Shown here: positions 35,001-49,700 of the stretch, one piece after another
Position numbering within the stretch: position 1 is the first letter of the stretch
How the letters are laid out: the number at the start of each line of letters is the position of its first letter
Assembly: GCA_030141605.1 (NCBI GenBank)
Contig: JAQGDQ010000058.1
Coordinates: forward strand, 157,852 to 221,851
Length of the DNA: 64,000 bases
Direction: 5' to 3'
From: Tubiluchus corallicola
Taxonomy: Eukaryota > Animalia > Priapulida
Notes under the pieces: generated by a model
What the model was told of the DNA's origin: nothing
The model's input: the letters and a program-made list of their open reading frames with translations, nothing else
Database searches by the model: none
Position numbers and translations under genes: made by a program

Positions 35001-38000
35001 GACCAACTGATATTTTCACACTGCACAGCAAAAACACCAGAGGGCTTTCAGTGTTGTCTACCTGCATTTGATATAAAGCATGAGTATCCACTCTGCCGGG
35101 ATCATATGTTATCACAAGTAAGTTGGGCTTTTTAAATTTAAAGGCAGTGCTGTTAGTTAGGCTGAGACAAAGTAGCAATATTAGTTAATTGTGAATAATT
35201 AGAAAGCATTGGCACTGAGTGTGAATGGTTAATGGTGGGAAAAGCAGCTAAAGAAACTTTAGATTTGTTAAGAACAAAAAAATAAGTGAAAATCCATTAA
35301 TTTTTAAAATATTTTTGTGCTTATCCATAAACCAGCACTCTGAAGTTTTATTTTGCAAACTTGTAGCGCTGCAAGGTTGTGTTCTAAGTTGTAAGAAATA
35401 TTTTAACTTGGATAATAACTGCCATGGCATTTGCAGTTATGTTTTTTTGGACACTGCAGGATTTGTTTATAAATAACATTAACTATAGCTGCATGCAAAT
35501 TTTTTGTCTCTTAAAGAAATTTTGAAAACTTTACAGGAAGACGAAAAGCAGAATGAACCCAAACCAAAGAAGCCTCGTAAGAAAACGAAGCCATCTGCAT
35601 TGACACGTCCACCAAAAAAGGGCAAAAAGAAGCGAAATTTGCAAAAAATCCGTCCCCAAGAATCTGTTGACGAGGGCGACACTTCGCGAGCGCTGGAAAA
35701 CGAAGTGCCGAATAGTTCACAAAGCTTCTCTATAGTGCAATCTTCCTGTGATGTACAGAAGCACGAAGCAAGACTTGAAAATATGAGTATGGAAGATATT
35801 GCGCAAAGTCTTGATGCAAATCTCAGTCAAGGATTTGATGCAGTTTTATCCCAGGGTAAGTGTAACCTTCTGCAGATATAAGTAATTAAAGCAAAAGGAA
35901 GGTGCTAACTTTTATTTGTAAACTGATACAACATTACATCTCATAAGTAAAGTAGCATAATAGGGACCTTTTTGATACATGTGTTTGTTGTGATCATGCC
36001 AGCTTACCCTTTGTAATGCTGTGCAGAAAACATTCCAGCTAATGCGAGGTGCTGCAACGGTGACACGTAATGTTGGGTTGCAATTTGGAATACACGTGTT
36101 TAATTGATACTAAAGTTTGTGGCTTATGTAAGGAAAAGTTAAGGTATGTTTGCCAATTTCTACAAAGGCCAGTCCAAAAAAAATTTTGATTTTTTCTTAC
36201 CTCATGAGCGCAACAAATGTAGCGAGGGTGTAAAAAATTTTTTGAATGGCTTATTTAAATTCAGTTCTAAAGCGTCATTACTTGCATATTGTATTACATA
36301 TCCTAAAACGTTGTAATGTGCACTGTTAATCCAGCTGCATTGCCCGTTCCTTTTACAAAAGATATTAATGCGGATGACTGCCGGCTCACAAATGATGGCT
36401 AATGTATCAGTTGTTATTCTAATTCCTGCGAATGAAACACATGATTCCATGTGAACGACGATTTCGTGAGAAATGCCGAAACTTGGCTGTAGAGAGACAT
36501 TGCTGCATCCTTGTCAAAACAACGATGTTATAAAGTTTATTGCATTTTTCATTTTAAATTTAAAAAATATGCTTTTATATGACTGCGTCAGGTAAGTATT
36601 GAACGTGCAAAAAAGTGATAGAATTCCCAACCAGGTGTGCAATAAAGGAATTCACCACTGGCGATTAGACAGAAACAGAAGTATTTTTATTGTCGGTACA
36701 GTTGAAATAGCTTTGACTTAAGTAATGCTGCTCCAGTTAAGTGCAAATGAAATTCTCCAGTTAAGTGCAAATGAAATTCTCTAGTTAGAGAACTGATTAT
36801 CAAAGCAAAGGACACAGCATAGTAGTATATAAATATTTTTATAAATTTAGTGCAATCCAACATATTCTTGTCTATTTACTGATGGGTCCATGTAAGTGAA
36901 CTGATATTTCTAATGACTTTGTTATGTTATTTAGTTGACATGGATCGGAATTTCTCATTACCAAACATGGATGCCGCACAACTGGAAAAAACTGTATCAT
37001 CTCTTTTGCAAGACAGTGATTTTACAGATGTATTGAACAAAATACCAGATGAGGCATTTGAAGAATGGGGTGAGCAATGGTGTCCTAGTAAATGTGTAGT
37101 TATTTTCATTTACGTCATTAATTAATTTTGACTGTGATTGCCGGAATTTTTATAAACCCTTATAATTAAACTAGTACCAAACTTCGAATGCTGGAAAGTA
37201 CCATATTACCATTATTGATACCATAAGTATTCCCCTACTATCATGGATATGGGTAGCGCTGCTGAATTGTGAGGTACAAGGAGGAAATGTTAGGCCTGCT
37301 TTGTCATGCTGGGCTGGCAGCTTAGGTGGTAGAGCGTGGGCAGCTTAGGTGGTAGAGCGTGGGATTACTAATCCCAGGTCTTGGATTCAAATCCCGACTA
37401 GTCCACACTTTTTCGGTGTCTCCAACTCATTACCTGCAAAGGGTAATAATTGGTAAAACTGTAATGTTTTATTAAAAATCTGGCAGTCACAGTCATAATT
37501 AATTAATGATATCGTTAGTTGCCAGCTAATTTGGGAAAGTATTGATATTCTTAATAGAGTTTGCAAGTTTTGAAAATTTCCTTAAGCACATCGGCTAGTC
37601 CAATGGTGCTTTGTTAGAATTTTATATTTTATAACATTAGTCTTAGGATGATAGTTGATTAGGATAAATACGTAAAAACTTAATTGCGTGTTGAATTTTC
37701 GGTTGAGTTTCATTTTGTTCGTAGCTTGTAGCTACTTAGGTCGTATTAAGTCCGTTGTTATTAAGTACGTAACCGAAACTTTCCATAATTTTTGGTAGCT
37801 TTTTTCCGAGGTTTTAGTAGTATTTTTACTGGAACTAAAAAAAATCGCTGAAAAATGTTTGCTAAAATAGTTCAAATAAAGTGAAAATATCGTTTATTTA
37901 ACTTTTTGTACCATTTGTAGCATGCTTTTTACAGCAATGCGGCATATCTTCAGTGTACAGACTGTGAAGCTTTAAGGTCTCCAGGCACAATTAACTGAAA

Positions 38001-39753
38001 TATCAAAGCATAAATTGATTAAAACCAAGTTTAATTTTACAATTTATGAAATATAGGCAACAAAATAAAATTTGTCAATTTTTTTTAAGCGTAATCATCT
38101 TTAACCTTTATAATTCTACTTTTTTGGTTAAGATTTTTTGCCTAGCTACTTCACCAAGTTTGTATCAGAGTAAATAAAAGCAAAAACAAACCATTTTATT
38201 TATTTCAGACTTTTTTCAGTTTTGATAGTAGGTGGGTTTGCAAAAATGATTTCGGTTCTGTTTCTTTTCGGTTTCGGTTTCCTGTGTTTCACAAATTTCG
38301 GTTTCGGTTTGTTGAGACACTGAGCCAGCAGAAGTGACTTACTACAATGTTTATTCAATATAATTAAAGCGCTACGCGTGTTATTAATATGAGAGCTGCT
38401 TGTCTAGAATCATTTAAAAGGCATCAGCAAGAAATCTTTTTGGTGATGATGAAAGTTATAATCCATTGTAGGCCTATGGTGGTGTTGGTTACTAAAATCC
38501 AGATGTATGATAACAGTTTAGTTTGTCATGCATTAAACTAACCAATGTTATCTGTGTTTATGCACAGCATCTATGTGTACTTAAAGAAATGTTAATCATC
38601 AAATTTGGTACTCAGTCCACTGAGTGCACCCTACCTAACTATTACCACTTGGATGCTTTTGCTATAGCTGTTGCTGCTATTTGGTTACTGTCATGAAAAA
38701 CTGCACGGTATTTCTTATTAGCCTTGTTGTAATAGAATAACTTACAAGATCTTATTTGGTGGAAAAATCTTGAATACCACTGCTAGTTTTTTCTAAATAT
38801 AAACTCTCAATTTTACGCAAAATGGAGTGAAATTACCCGACTTTTTTGTTAAAAAAACTCCTTATGAACATAATATTTTAGGTAGGGTGAGTGCAAATTT
38901 TGTTTTTCGTCATGTCAGGCACCTGTATTTATCTTATTTTCAAATTTCTTTAGGTAAAAATGGTGAGTTTGTCTCGAAAGAAGCTGAAGAGGAGTTGGAA
39001 CGTGCTCTTGTTGGTTCAAATGCAGATGTGTCAGTTGTACAAGATACGTTGGATAAGCTTTCACAAGAAAACCCAAGCATGTCATTTGACGATGATCAAA
39101 ATAGTCCAGAGATCACGCTTAGTGACAATTTGTTAAATTCCGATAGCTTAGATTCTGAGACACTACCTGATAGTATACATCGTGATGTTGATAAACTGAC
39201 TGAAATGGCTTCGTCTGGAAGGTTAGGAATTGCAACTGCTTTTAATCAGTCAGTTTCACATACATTTCCCCAGTCAACCAGCAACTTATCATCTACCGCT
39301 CATAATTCTGTCCCATCTTATTCTGTTAACTTATTACCTACGAATCATATTCTAAATAATGCCGTACAAGGAGTAAGTGTGTCTAATCATAGAACGTTTG
39401 ATGCAGAGCAGTATCATTCAGTGTCACATACGTCTCCGGATATTATTCAAAATGGTGTGATCTCACCTAACGGTCCATCCTGGACTGTAACGCAAGTTAG
39501 TCAACCACAATTGCCAAGTTTTCAAAATGGTTTCGGTGGTGGAATCCAGCGTTTTCGTCCCGGCTACTCATTACCAAACATTAAGACAATCTTGCATCCA
39601 CAACAACTCGTCCCAGGTATCACTGCACCAGTTACAATAACGTCCGAGCCACATCAGTTGCTACAGGAGTCTGTTTTTAGTAACATGTCGAAGAGGACTT
39701 CTGTTCATTCTGCGTCGACCGGTCAGACTGGCTTGCAGCAGAACTTGCACTAG
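25711..39753 (+). CDS. INO80D: INO80 complex subunit D (1090 aa, spliced; two C3Hc3H zinc-finger regions)
   Basis: Coding exons: 25711-25839, 26288-26379, 26627-27861, 30588-30675, 30896-31132, 33009-33112, 34984-35117, 35537-35855, 36935-37069, 38954-39753. Frame is continuous (3273 nt). N-terminus [52 protein letters not shown]; second finger CRNVVLPYTRHCIKHIMYNVDQLIFSHCTAK..C..P.FDI.H..PLCRDH. KPRKKTKPSALT and EAEEELERAL also match INO80D as I recall it. Confidence 0.93.
33113..34983 (+). other. U12-type (minor spliceosome) GT-AG intron in INO80D
   Basis: 5' splice site GTATCCTTT (33113-33121). Branch-like TTTTCCTTAG at 34963-34972 with the A at -13 from the 3' splice site. Splicing restores a His codon of the zinc finger. 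Confidence 0.85.
33825..34527. mobile_element. Tc1/mariner (Tigger/pogo-like) MITE
   Basis: TA|CAGTAAGTCCTCACTTAACGAC ... GTTGTTAAGCGAGGACTTGCTG|TA. Confidence 0.8.
36731..36778. repeat. 24-bp tandem duplication
   Basis: ctccagttaagtgcaaatgaaatt occurs twice in tandem. Confidence 0.9.
37115..37509. mobile_element. Foldback/MITE-like element with long imperfect TIRs
   Basis: Left arm tcattaattaattttgactgtgattgccggaattttt is the imperfect reverse complement of aaaaatctggcagtcacagtcataattaattaatga. A partial copy of the left arm lies near 34800-34874. Confidence 0.6.
37311..37405 (+). pseudogene. tRNA-derived sequence (tRNA pseudogene or SINE head, Lys-like arms)
   Basis: A-box-like AGCTTAGGTGGTAGAGC (in a 23-bp tandem duplication), anticodon arm TGGGA-TTACTAA-TCCCA, degenerate B-box GATTCAAATCC. 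The duplication and ACT anticodon argue against a functional tRNA. Confidence 0.7.
37780..38322. mobile_element. Partial hAT-like element with AACCGA/TTCGGT subterminal repeats
   Basis: Clustered TTCGGTTT repeats ending in TTGAGACACTG (CAGTG-type TIR). Left end not resolved. Confidence 0.4.
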
Positions 39754-42297
39754 TGATTATATGTCTCTGTATGTCATATTGACCTTGCCATTGTTATTGT
39801 TTAGCTGTGATATGATCCCAATGATTTTCAGAGATTGATTAATACGTATTAAAGTCATAAAAGTGCGTCTATAAGTATTTAGCCAGAATGTTTCTATATA
39901 GTTATGTTTTTATTTCTTTAATAGGTAATAATATTACATAACATTTTAACACAGCTGCAGCAGCAAGTAGCTGACAAATACAGCATGCTTGCTTTTTTCA
40001 GCCTTGGTGGGTGGGGATTGTGGGTGATAAATACTCATGTGCCAATCTTGGGTTGTATCATTTCACTTTTTACATATCTTGCTCTAAACTATAAGATAAT
40101 AGACAAGTACTGTTCAGAGTAGATTCGTATGATGACCTTGCGTCTTTCAAAGGTGAAAGTTGCGTATTAGTAGCAATCAGTTGCTAGCTACTACAGTTAT
40201 GATGATATATCGCAGTTAGTAAGGTTTCATTTACTGGTTTACAGAATTGTCTGGATGGAAATTCTGTGTTGTTGGGTTTTTTTTGAAAGTTAGTGTTTAT
40301 TCTAGTTTGAAGAGAATATACTATACTACATCAAATAGTATTCTACGTATGTCTTCTAAGTAGTCTACGTAACCAGATGCCAGTTTTTGATTGTCTGAAC
40401 AATTAGACTTTGTACATGTCACTAGAACTCATGTTTATCTTAGCTGTTAAAAAAGTTCATTTGTCTTTGATAAAGTGCTCATACCTGTAGAGAAAAGGAA
40501 CTAGAATGATAGGAAAGTAAATCGAAATTTTGAAAAATGTTTACTCCATAGGCAAAAAAGTATGTCGTAAATATTCGTTTATTGTTTGGCAAAGTTAAAA
40601 CTGTAATTGGCTTTGTTTCCTAAGTCAAAAGAATTCGATGTTATTTTTTTATAAAATTAAAATGTTTTACTTCATTGTTTCATATAGTGAAAACAGTTCT
40701 GTGTTTCTGGAATTTATTATTGTTTCCCACATATAGTAATTAAGACCCTTTGATGTCGTCATTTCCTAGTAAGTAGCATTATTTTATTTTATTCTGTATC
40801 ATTGTTTGTTAGGTCAGTGAAATTGTGGTCCTTTCTTTATTATTCTGTTTTGTTCAGTGTAGCAAGAGTAATTTGATGTTTGTGATATTTGTTGTGGAAA
40901 AATTCCATGTCATTGTATGTATCGTTTGATTTGTTCATACTAACTTGGTTTACTTATAAACAGTGTACTGCCTAGTTGCCCATCTTTCTAGCTGGTTTAT
41001 TTGTGCAGTTTGCTAGTGCTGTATAATGATGTAAACCAGTCTGACCTTGATGTTATTTATTTTAACGATTTGTTGGTTTTTGTGTTCATGTACCTTTGTG
41101 TTACTTTATTATTGTACATGTTTTTTGTGTGTAGAATAATGTTATATGTAGCGAGTTATAACTTGACACTTCATCTAGACACGTAGGTAGTCGTCGGACT
41201 TTAAACTTAGTTGCAAAAGATAGTTGTCTGTTGAATAGCATTGTTTAATGCTTGTGTTAGCTTAATTATGATTAGCATTAAGAAATTTGTGCAAGTTTTT
41301 TCTTCATAATGACAAAACAGATTGTTTCTTTACCATTTTACAGAGGCCATTACGCTCTAGTAAACCTTACAATTATGAGTTGTAAAATAATAGCTTGAAG
41401 CAGAAAAATGAAAGAATATTTGTACTCATGACTTGCAGTTTTCAGAATTTCGATTTTTTATTAATTTACCGTGTCGAAGCTGTTTAGAACTTTGTCATGG
41501 AGAGCCGGTTTCTGTTTTTTAGACTTTATATCAGGTTAAAGTCTTTTGCAATTAAATCATGTTTTTTCTAATAATGCACTGTGTTCAAGAAATGATATGT
41601 GTAGTTAAAAAATCGATTATGTTCTTGGTTTGTGACACTTCATCATGCTGATGTTCCGATTATTACCTTAATGCTAAGTGCATAGTGCATTCGTGTGGAA
41701 AACTATAGCACTTTCAGTAGAATGAATTTTGAGTTCTGTTATTCAAGATTGTTAACAATCTTACTTTGTTTCAGGAATGTATTACTAATTGTGACAAGCC
41801 CCACCCTAATCATTGTTTAATTATTTTAGCATTGTCACTTGCTCAAAGTTTCAGAATGCTGCTTGAATTCATTGTTTTTATGACATGTTATTGTGTTGTT
41901 AATTTATGCCTCCTGGTCATGACATTGATTTAATAGATCATTATCCGAAAACTAAATGAATTGTATTACATTATGGTCTATTAGTTAGAATTGTGTTTGT
42001 TGTCAGGTTTAAGCTTATATGGTGATGTACAGTTTAGTTTAAAATGCATGAAATGATTTAGTCACCAGCCCTGTAGTTTAGATAAATATTTTGTTATGTA
42101 CATTTTGTGAAGATTAACGATGTGTATTTAGGGGTCTATTGCTGCTGTGGCTTTAGACTGCAATTAATTTATTCTTTTGTTTTTTTTTGGTTAGATATTC
42201 TATATAAGATGTGATTGTTTGTATAGAAAGAGAGAGTATTCCCTGTGTAAAATAATACCTATTTGAAATTGTAAAGTGTAAAAACTTGTAATGTAAC

Positions 42298-42303
42298 AAT
42301 AAA
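42298..42303 (+). terminator. Candidate polyadenylation signal of INO80D
   Basis: AATAAA after a 2.5-kb T-rich UTR-like stretch with upstream TGTA motifs and downstream GT-rich sequence. Confidence 0.4.
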
Positions 42304-43724
42304 GTTATATTTTGGATAAATTTTATGTGTTTTCTGAAATAGTTTGGTTACATGTTAGATTAGATTAAGCAGGGCATAGTATTAGTATTAGTACCTAGGC
42401 TGTATAGTTTTAGTTTGTAATGGGTTTATTTGTGTTTAGCATTTGCGCAAGTGCATGTTGGACAGTTGTAACCTACTTGTGAACAGACTGCACTGAATTT
42501 TGATTGCACTAGACAGACTTTGAATTCAAGCCCAAAATTGTAACCACATTTTCTTGTGATTAAAACGTCTAATTACATTTGTACGTCTGTTTTTTAATCC
42601 ATCCATTTTTTCAGTGCTTTAATCTTGACAGATTTTGTGGTTTACATTAGTGGTGTATTTGTTGACCTTGTGCCCCTAATACCCTTGGTTGAAATCCAAG
42701 TTTGAGTTTTCCCAGGCTGGTGAAACTCTGTTTGAGATAATTGCGTAATTTATCCATTTTATAGGTATTTTTGACTATTGCTATAAATGGCTGGTTTGCT
42801 TTCTAGTTTAGCAGTCAAACGGTTCAGAGATTTGCTTACTCACGTTATCTCCAGCAAACGTTTTCTTTTTGCAACGCCCTCTTTCGAAAAACGAAACCCT
42901 TGTTAATATGATAAGGCTCCAAGCATTTATCCAGGCAGGCTTCTTTCTCTGAGTCGTCCAGTGCGCAGTGCAAAACTATTTTTAGCTGTTCTTGCTTGAC
43001 AACAAGACTCGTATGATGCAAAACCAGAAAATTGCGCAGTAATAATTCTCATTTGAGTGTACTTAATGATTAAAAAAATTAAATCCGTTCGTTCTGTTTG
43101 TTCAAAGATATCTGAAAAGAACCGGTTATGAGGTGCGTTATATAACAGAGCAGCAATTCCAGAGCGATCTTATGTGCTGTTTGTTCTACAAACTCGAATG
43201 TATATTACTATAGAAGAAGGCGACACTGTTTGCACTTTGTTGTATGTCTGTATTCTCATTATATTTGTTTAATGATACGTAGTACGTAGCATTCTGTAGT
43301 GTAGTGCAGCTAATAATAGTCTAGGAATAAATATTAATTGGCGTTTCGTGAGTATAAATTGTACAGATGTATAATCTAGGACTGAGAGAGATCAGCAAAG
43401 GGTGTGTAAGTAAGGTAAGCTACAAATTTTTCACACAAACGTGATTATTACAGTGGCAATAATATAAGCAGTTTAATATAATAACTCTTGTGGTAACGAA
43501 GTCACTGTATCAATTACATTTTCAGTAACTTGCTTTAGCTATTGGAAGGTGCACTTGTATTGTAAGTTCAGTTTTATTAAAGTACTTCACATAGCAACTT
43601 TCGTACTTGTTAATTAATATTTGTTGAGTGTTTTTTACATAGAATTTGTGCAATATTTATTCAGAGAAATATTGTATAGTATTTTCTTTAGACTTTTCTT
43701 AGAACATTTCAAAGACACTGCAAG

Positions 43725-46700
43725 ATGACTACTAACAGCCATCCATTTCAAGACATTGTAAGACCAGATTTGGTGACAGCCAGAGGAGCTTCAAATCTCA
43801 ATACAAATGAAATGGTATGTTTTCTCTTCTCTTACAGAACGTAATTGGAATTTAATAGGTCCTAAAATGGCTTTCTTACTGGATTACACTTGCATTGGTC
43901 TGTCTTTTTTCGTCGAAATGACAGCAACTGTCATTTTGTTATAGTTGATGATATCCTGATGATGTAAAGCTTTTTGTTACCACTGAACAGAGTCATCTTT
44001 TAGAAACAGCTCTGCTAAAACTGAGTGAATGGGCTACCTTATGGCAGTTGCAAATTGCTGCACATAAGAATGTGCTTATCCATGTTGGTAGTCAAAATCT
44101 GCAAAAGGAATATTATTTAAATAATACTTTGTTAGAAATTGATACAGAGTGTCGTGACCTTGGTTTCACTATATGCTCAGATTTAAAATTTAACAAATAT
44201 TGTTAAAACCTGTCAGCCAAAAGCCTATAAAATCGTAAACATATAATTTAGATGTTTTTACACTAAAGACAAAAATCTTTACTTTCAGCATGTAAGACTT
44301 ACTTAAGACCTTTGTTAGAGTACTGTACACCAATCTGGAATCCTTATCTTGTAACTAAGATTGACATGACTTTTTTCCGTACGCACCCCATTTTGGGCTT
44401 AGGGGACATAACTTTGAATTATATAAAAATTACTGCAGACTGAGTATTTGCAAAAATCGTAGATATTTGGAATTCTTTAACTTGTGACACAGTTAACGCA
44501 CCTAATGTTAAACATTTTACACCATTCTTAGAGAATGAAAACTTGTTACAACATTGTAAACTTGATCGTAACTTGTTAACAAAGAGCCACCTATAAGTGC
44601 TCTGCCTGGGTGGCTTCTCTTTTTTCTCTTGTATTACATTGTAATACTATTTTGAAAATAATAAATCAATCAATCAAAACTGAATCAGTAGTCACAGTAG
44701 CAATAATCCTGGTTTTTCAAACCATTGAGCTTCAGTTCAAATCTCTGATATACAGTAAAAATGGCACACTTATAAAATATGAGTTTAGGGTTAAGTTATT
44801 GTGGGTGATAATCATTATTATTATTTTTGCCTTTCCCAAGTAGGTTATGCTCCAATGCCATTTGTTTGTTTTTTTGGCTTTTTTGTCTGATGTACAGCAG
44901 TAACCCTATTATGCAAAAAGTACTTAACAGACCTCTGTGACAGAAGGCATAGTCTGAAAGCACAATAGGGTTATTAATTCTTTTTGTCTTCCGCTAACAG
45001 CTATGAGTCAGTTCCGGATTCCATTTCGAGAAATTCTCGCTTGTAAAACATGTAACGCTGTCTGTAACTTTTGATTATACATGTATATAGCCTTATTCTA
45101 AGCTGACTTCATATATGAATATGTGTATTTGTCGGTTTATTATACCATCTCCAAATGGGTAAAGAAATGTAGATAAATAATACGTGGAATGGTTCGTCCA
45201 TCATTAATTATGATTCTGTTTAATGAACAATATATTTTTGAGACTTCTGCTAGTCTATGGCCGTCTTATACAGGTATATTTTTGTATGTTTCACTTGTTT
45301 ATTTTTGTTTTATGTTTTTCCTATCGAAAGTATCGGATGAACAAGTTTAGGATTTTACGATCTTGGTGGTGATCTGCTTCTTACTGAGCGCATTCTAGTT
45401 TTATTATAGAAATTTTTTATATTGAAATAACGTATGTGCCATTCTTACCTACATCCCAAGCTGCACATGGTTTGTTGAAAATATGTCAATCTTTGCCCTG
45501 CCAAAGGTTGATAGTAGACATTAAGAACGGTTATTGTTCTTTACGAGCTGTTTGACATCAACATGCAAGTCAATGATAATTGTATATGATGATAAACAAA
45601 AAATTGTTTTTTAATTGAGGTATGGATGTGGTCATATCGCTGATTTTATACAGAATGAAAGATATGCATCTAAAACACTTTTTGATTCCAAGAATGTCTT
45701 TATCTTTGGTGTTGGTGTTGTTGTTTGTTGTTGTTTTGTTGTTGCTGTTGCTGCTGTTGTTAACTTTATTACGACTTTCATATTAAGACTGGAAAAATAG
45801 GGCATATTTATCAAATGCAACTGTCTACAGCCTCCATTTTCATTTTATTTCTACTCCATTTTCATTTTGCATCTAATTACTTACAGTAAAGATTCCCTTT
45901 TGTTTGTATACACCCTTTGCTTTCTAGGTTAAAGATTTAATGGCTAATGGCAAGAAAATTTATCATTTTGCATTTGGCCAATCACCTTTCCCAGTTATGG
46001 ATGCGTTCCAATCGGCATTAAAAGAAAATGTACATCAGATGGCATATGTGCCTGTTGCAGGTATGGATAATAAAATAATGATTTGTTTGAAACCTAAATT
46101 TTAAGGTGTGCAGAAGCCCATTTGCTGCATAAACAACAGTTCTGTTCAGCTAGATATTTTTTGTTTTTTCCAATGTGAATACTATTGTAAACAAGTCACT
46201 AAATCAGCCACATGCCTCTTTTAGTCATGCACAATTAGAAATGTAGTAGCTCTAGTGTTTGTCAAAAACAACCCTCCTTCCAAGTTTGATCATCCAGATA
46301 ATATACAGATTCTTCTTTGAGGTATTTTGAGCGGACTATAACCTCAAATAAACACCTTGCTCTATCAGCATAAGCAGTAACTGAGATTGTTTGCACCTTT
46401 TATTAGTTGATGCATATCTTCCCGTTAGCATGACCAGTTTCTTGGGGTATTTATTGCCTCTTTGGTTTCACCTTGATTAAAGTTGGGTACGTGTGTGTAA
46501 CTTAAGATTTTGATTGACTGTGATGCTTGTATCTCTTGTCGGTCTCTGAGACAGTGAGCTGATACTTGTTGCGGTTAATATAATTACCCGACTTCAGTAT
46601 GAGACAAAATCATTTTCACGTTTAGAAAGTTTAACCTAGAACTTGAAACTTGCATTTGATTAATACAAAGTTTATTTTAGGTTTAATCAGTAATTTGTTC

Positions 46701-49700
46701 TATAATCAAGAAATTGTGTTTGTCCCAGACTAAACGTGTTTCTTCTGAGACAGGGCATTGACCAGTTCTCATGTCTGACCTGGGTTAAGCATCACTTTAT
46801 TGTGAGGCAGGCCCGAGATTACTTTTGATACAGATCAAATATTCTGTTATTGTGAATTTGTTAGATTAACCGGTGACTAAACTGTTTGATTGGGCTGAAC
46901 TGTAGAAAAAATATAGAACTTGTCTGTTTTAAGATATAAAACAAAACTAGGGTGTTTGTGTTCTATCATTATTCACCTGCATTGCACACAATGAATGCAT
47001 CATGGACTAGAACAGATTAGCTATGAGAATGTGCAAAATTACAGGCCTAATGATTTTAACTGAATAAATAAATTTATGAAGTCATGCGGGCATAACAACG
47101 TGGAGCAAATTATATTAAGTATATCTCTTTTATTCACATTTTGATCAATTTTTTCTTTGGTCACACCATAAAGCTTGTGTAGTCAATTAGTAAGGTACAA
47201 TTAAGAAAATTAAAAACTACTAATTGATCTTAATTGTTTGTAGGCATAGCAGAACTGAGACAAGCAATATGCGACTTTCACTACCGATTTGACAACTTGA
47301 AATTTCATTACGATCAAGTTCTTGTTGGACCTGGAACAAAGGAGCTAATTTATTTACTGATGTGTGTTTTTAATGGAGGTAAACCATTTTTTGTTAGATA
47401 TTAGCAAGGAGAATTCATAATTGTACATTAAAGCATGTACAGTTAACGATAAGAATGTGGTACATGGAAACTTGCCAAAAGAGTAATAAATGGACATGTT
47501 CATAGTATCTCCCTACTGCAAAAATGATTAAATCATATACATAGATGTAAACATGCAGATGGCAATGCTGAATGTCTTTTGAAATGTGGAAAGCATAGTA
47601 GCATCGGATAAATGCACGGTGAAATAATTTTCCTGACAAAAGTTTGTCAACAAGCTATGTGCGACAGAAAGTTTACTGATGAACTCGCTGATTCCATTTT
47701 GCCTTCAACGCTGTTACCATTGGATTGTCTAAATTGCTCTCAGGCTGTTTTCACAAAATGTTATAAAGGAATTTTTTGAAACTTTACAGCTGGAGATGCA
47801 TTTAAATGTTGCAACGAGAAAAGGGAATGTGCACTGTGTTAAACTTTTTACTAATACACAAGCAATTGGTAAAACATGCAAGCATTGATGTTTAGATGTG
47901 TAGATGTGTAGTATAGTTTAACTTACATGTGTGTTTCTTTGTCATTAGAACTTAAAGGTAAGACTCTTCACGTGTTTTACTCCTTTTCTATAGATGTGTA
48001 CGTTCTTTCGCCATCTTGGACAACGTACAAACCACAAGCTAAGTTAGCAGGACATACTGCTAAAGTTATTGAAACATGTATGGATAATAAATGGAGAGTG
48101 CAGCCAGAAGTGCTAGAAAAGGTAATGTTGGTCTTTGCCATTTCGTTTTCTGCTAGTCGCGTATTAGACTGACTGCGAGCACAATTGTCTTGATTTCCAT
48201 TATATCGTTTCTTGATACACACTATGTGTAACAGCTTCTTTGGCATTATACCAAGCAATCATGAATTTTTGGATACGTTTTGAGACCACAAGCTATGTGT
48301 ATTATTTATTTGGCACAAGTACCCAATAACTGATTATTTGAATTTGTGGGAGAATAGATTGTGATCGCTCATATAATTTTTTTTATTTTCACTCACAGGT
48401 TTTCTCTGATTCAGAAGCTGGGCGTAACAAATTGTTAATCCTTACAAATCCCGATAACCCAAGTATGTAAACTTATTAAACTATTTTTCGTTACTTTATG
48501 AGAAAAATAAAATGTTATAGTTATGATACTGAAAACAAATATGCAGCATTGATTATGGTAGGTGGAAATGTTTGAATTACCAAAAAGTATAGTTTTTCTC
48601 AGTTTTGTAATTGCTAACTGTTTGACATTAAGTGTATAAGTGTTAATTTAAAGAAGCTTAGTAGTGGTACTTGTTGAAATGTAATATTATTTAAACCAGT
48701 AATCTTCCAGGACTTGATTAATTTAAAATTAATGTACATTGCTTATTATTCATGCTGCTTATTTTGTGCTCTTACTTTGGAAACGAAAGGATTTTATTAT
48801 GTGGCATATTTTACAAGATGTAAGCCATATTAGCGATCATAGTTATTTGAACGCTTAAATTTTCATAATAAATTAATGCAAAACTCAAATGACGTGACTC
48901 AAGTTTAAATTTTATTTCAGCTTACAAAAATTGTTTTGCATCGAGAATCAGTCTCCATGATTTGTATAATTTTGCTTATATTATCTTGGTCCTGTTTCCT
49001 GACACCTGTTTTATTTCAGCTGGAACAGTCTACCTGTCAGAGCAGCTACAACAAATCAGGTTCTGATAATTCTAACTTTGATAATCGAACGTGTTAAACC
49101 ACATGTTAGATGTTATAGTTTTTCCTTCTGAGTTCAAAAGCAGCACTGTATGTCTACTAGTGATTATTGCATAAGTGAAAGTAGTGAAATTTCATAAGTG
49201 CAGAGCATGCAGAACTGTCACAGTCTGTTTGCAGTTATTAACTAATGTAACTGTACTTTTGATTTGAAGATGAGATCACAAACTTTCATTCATTGGAGCC
49301 TTGATTCAGTCGTTTCCACTTTAATTGATTAGATTTTCAAATCCACTATGTCTTAAAATACAGTGCTGCGTTTTAAAAACATCATTATTTTAACTTATTT
49401 TTAATTTTCTTCGAAACTGATAATTTTATTGTTTATTTGTGCCTCTTTGTGATACTGTGTTTATGTTAACATTGTACTTAATGTAGTCGATTGAATTCTT
49501 TTCAGTGACGTTTTGAGAAGGCATAACGTCTTGGTTCTGAGTGATGAAATTTATGCACGTTTAGAATACAATGGAAAGCATGATACCATTGCACGAGTAA
49601 GTTCCAAAAATTTCGTGACTTTCATTATGCATCCACATGTACATTAAAAGTTTTCAGTGTGCGAGGCTCGTGATTTGATTTTTACAAAGAATAAGATGCA

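Noticed and set aside
37311-37405. Functional tRNA-Ser(ACT) or recoding tRNA
   Set aside because: It has an internal 23-bp duplication, a degenerate T-loop, no long variable arm and sits inside a repeat.
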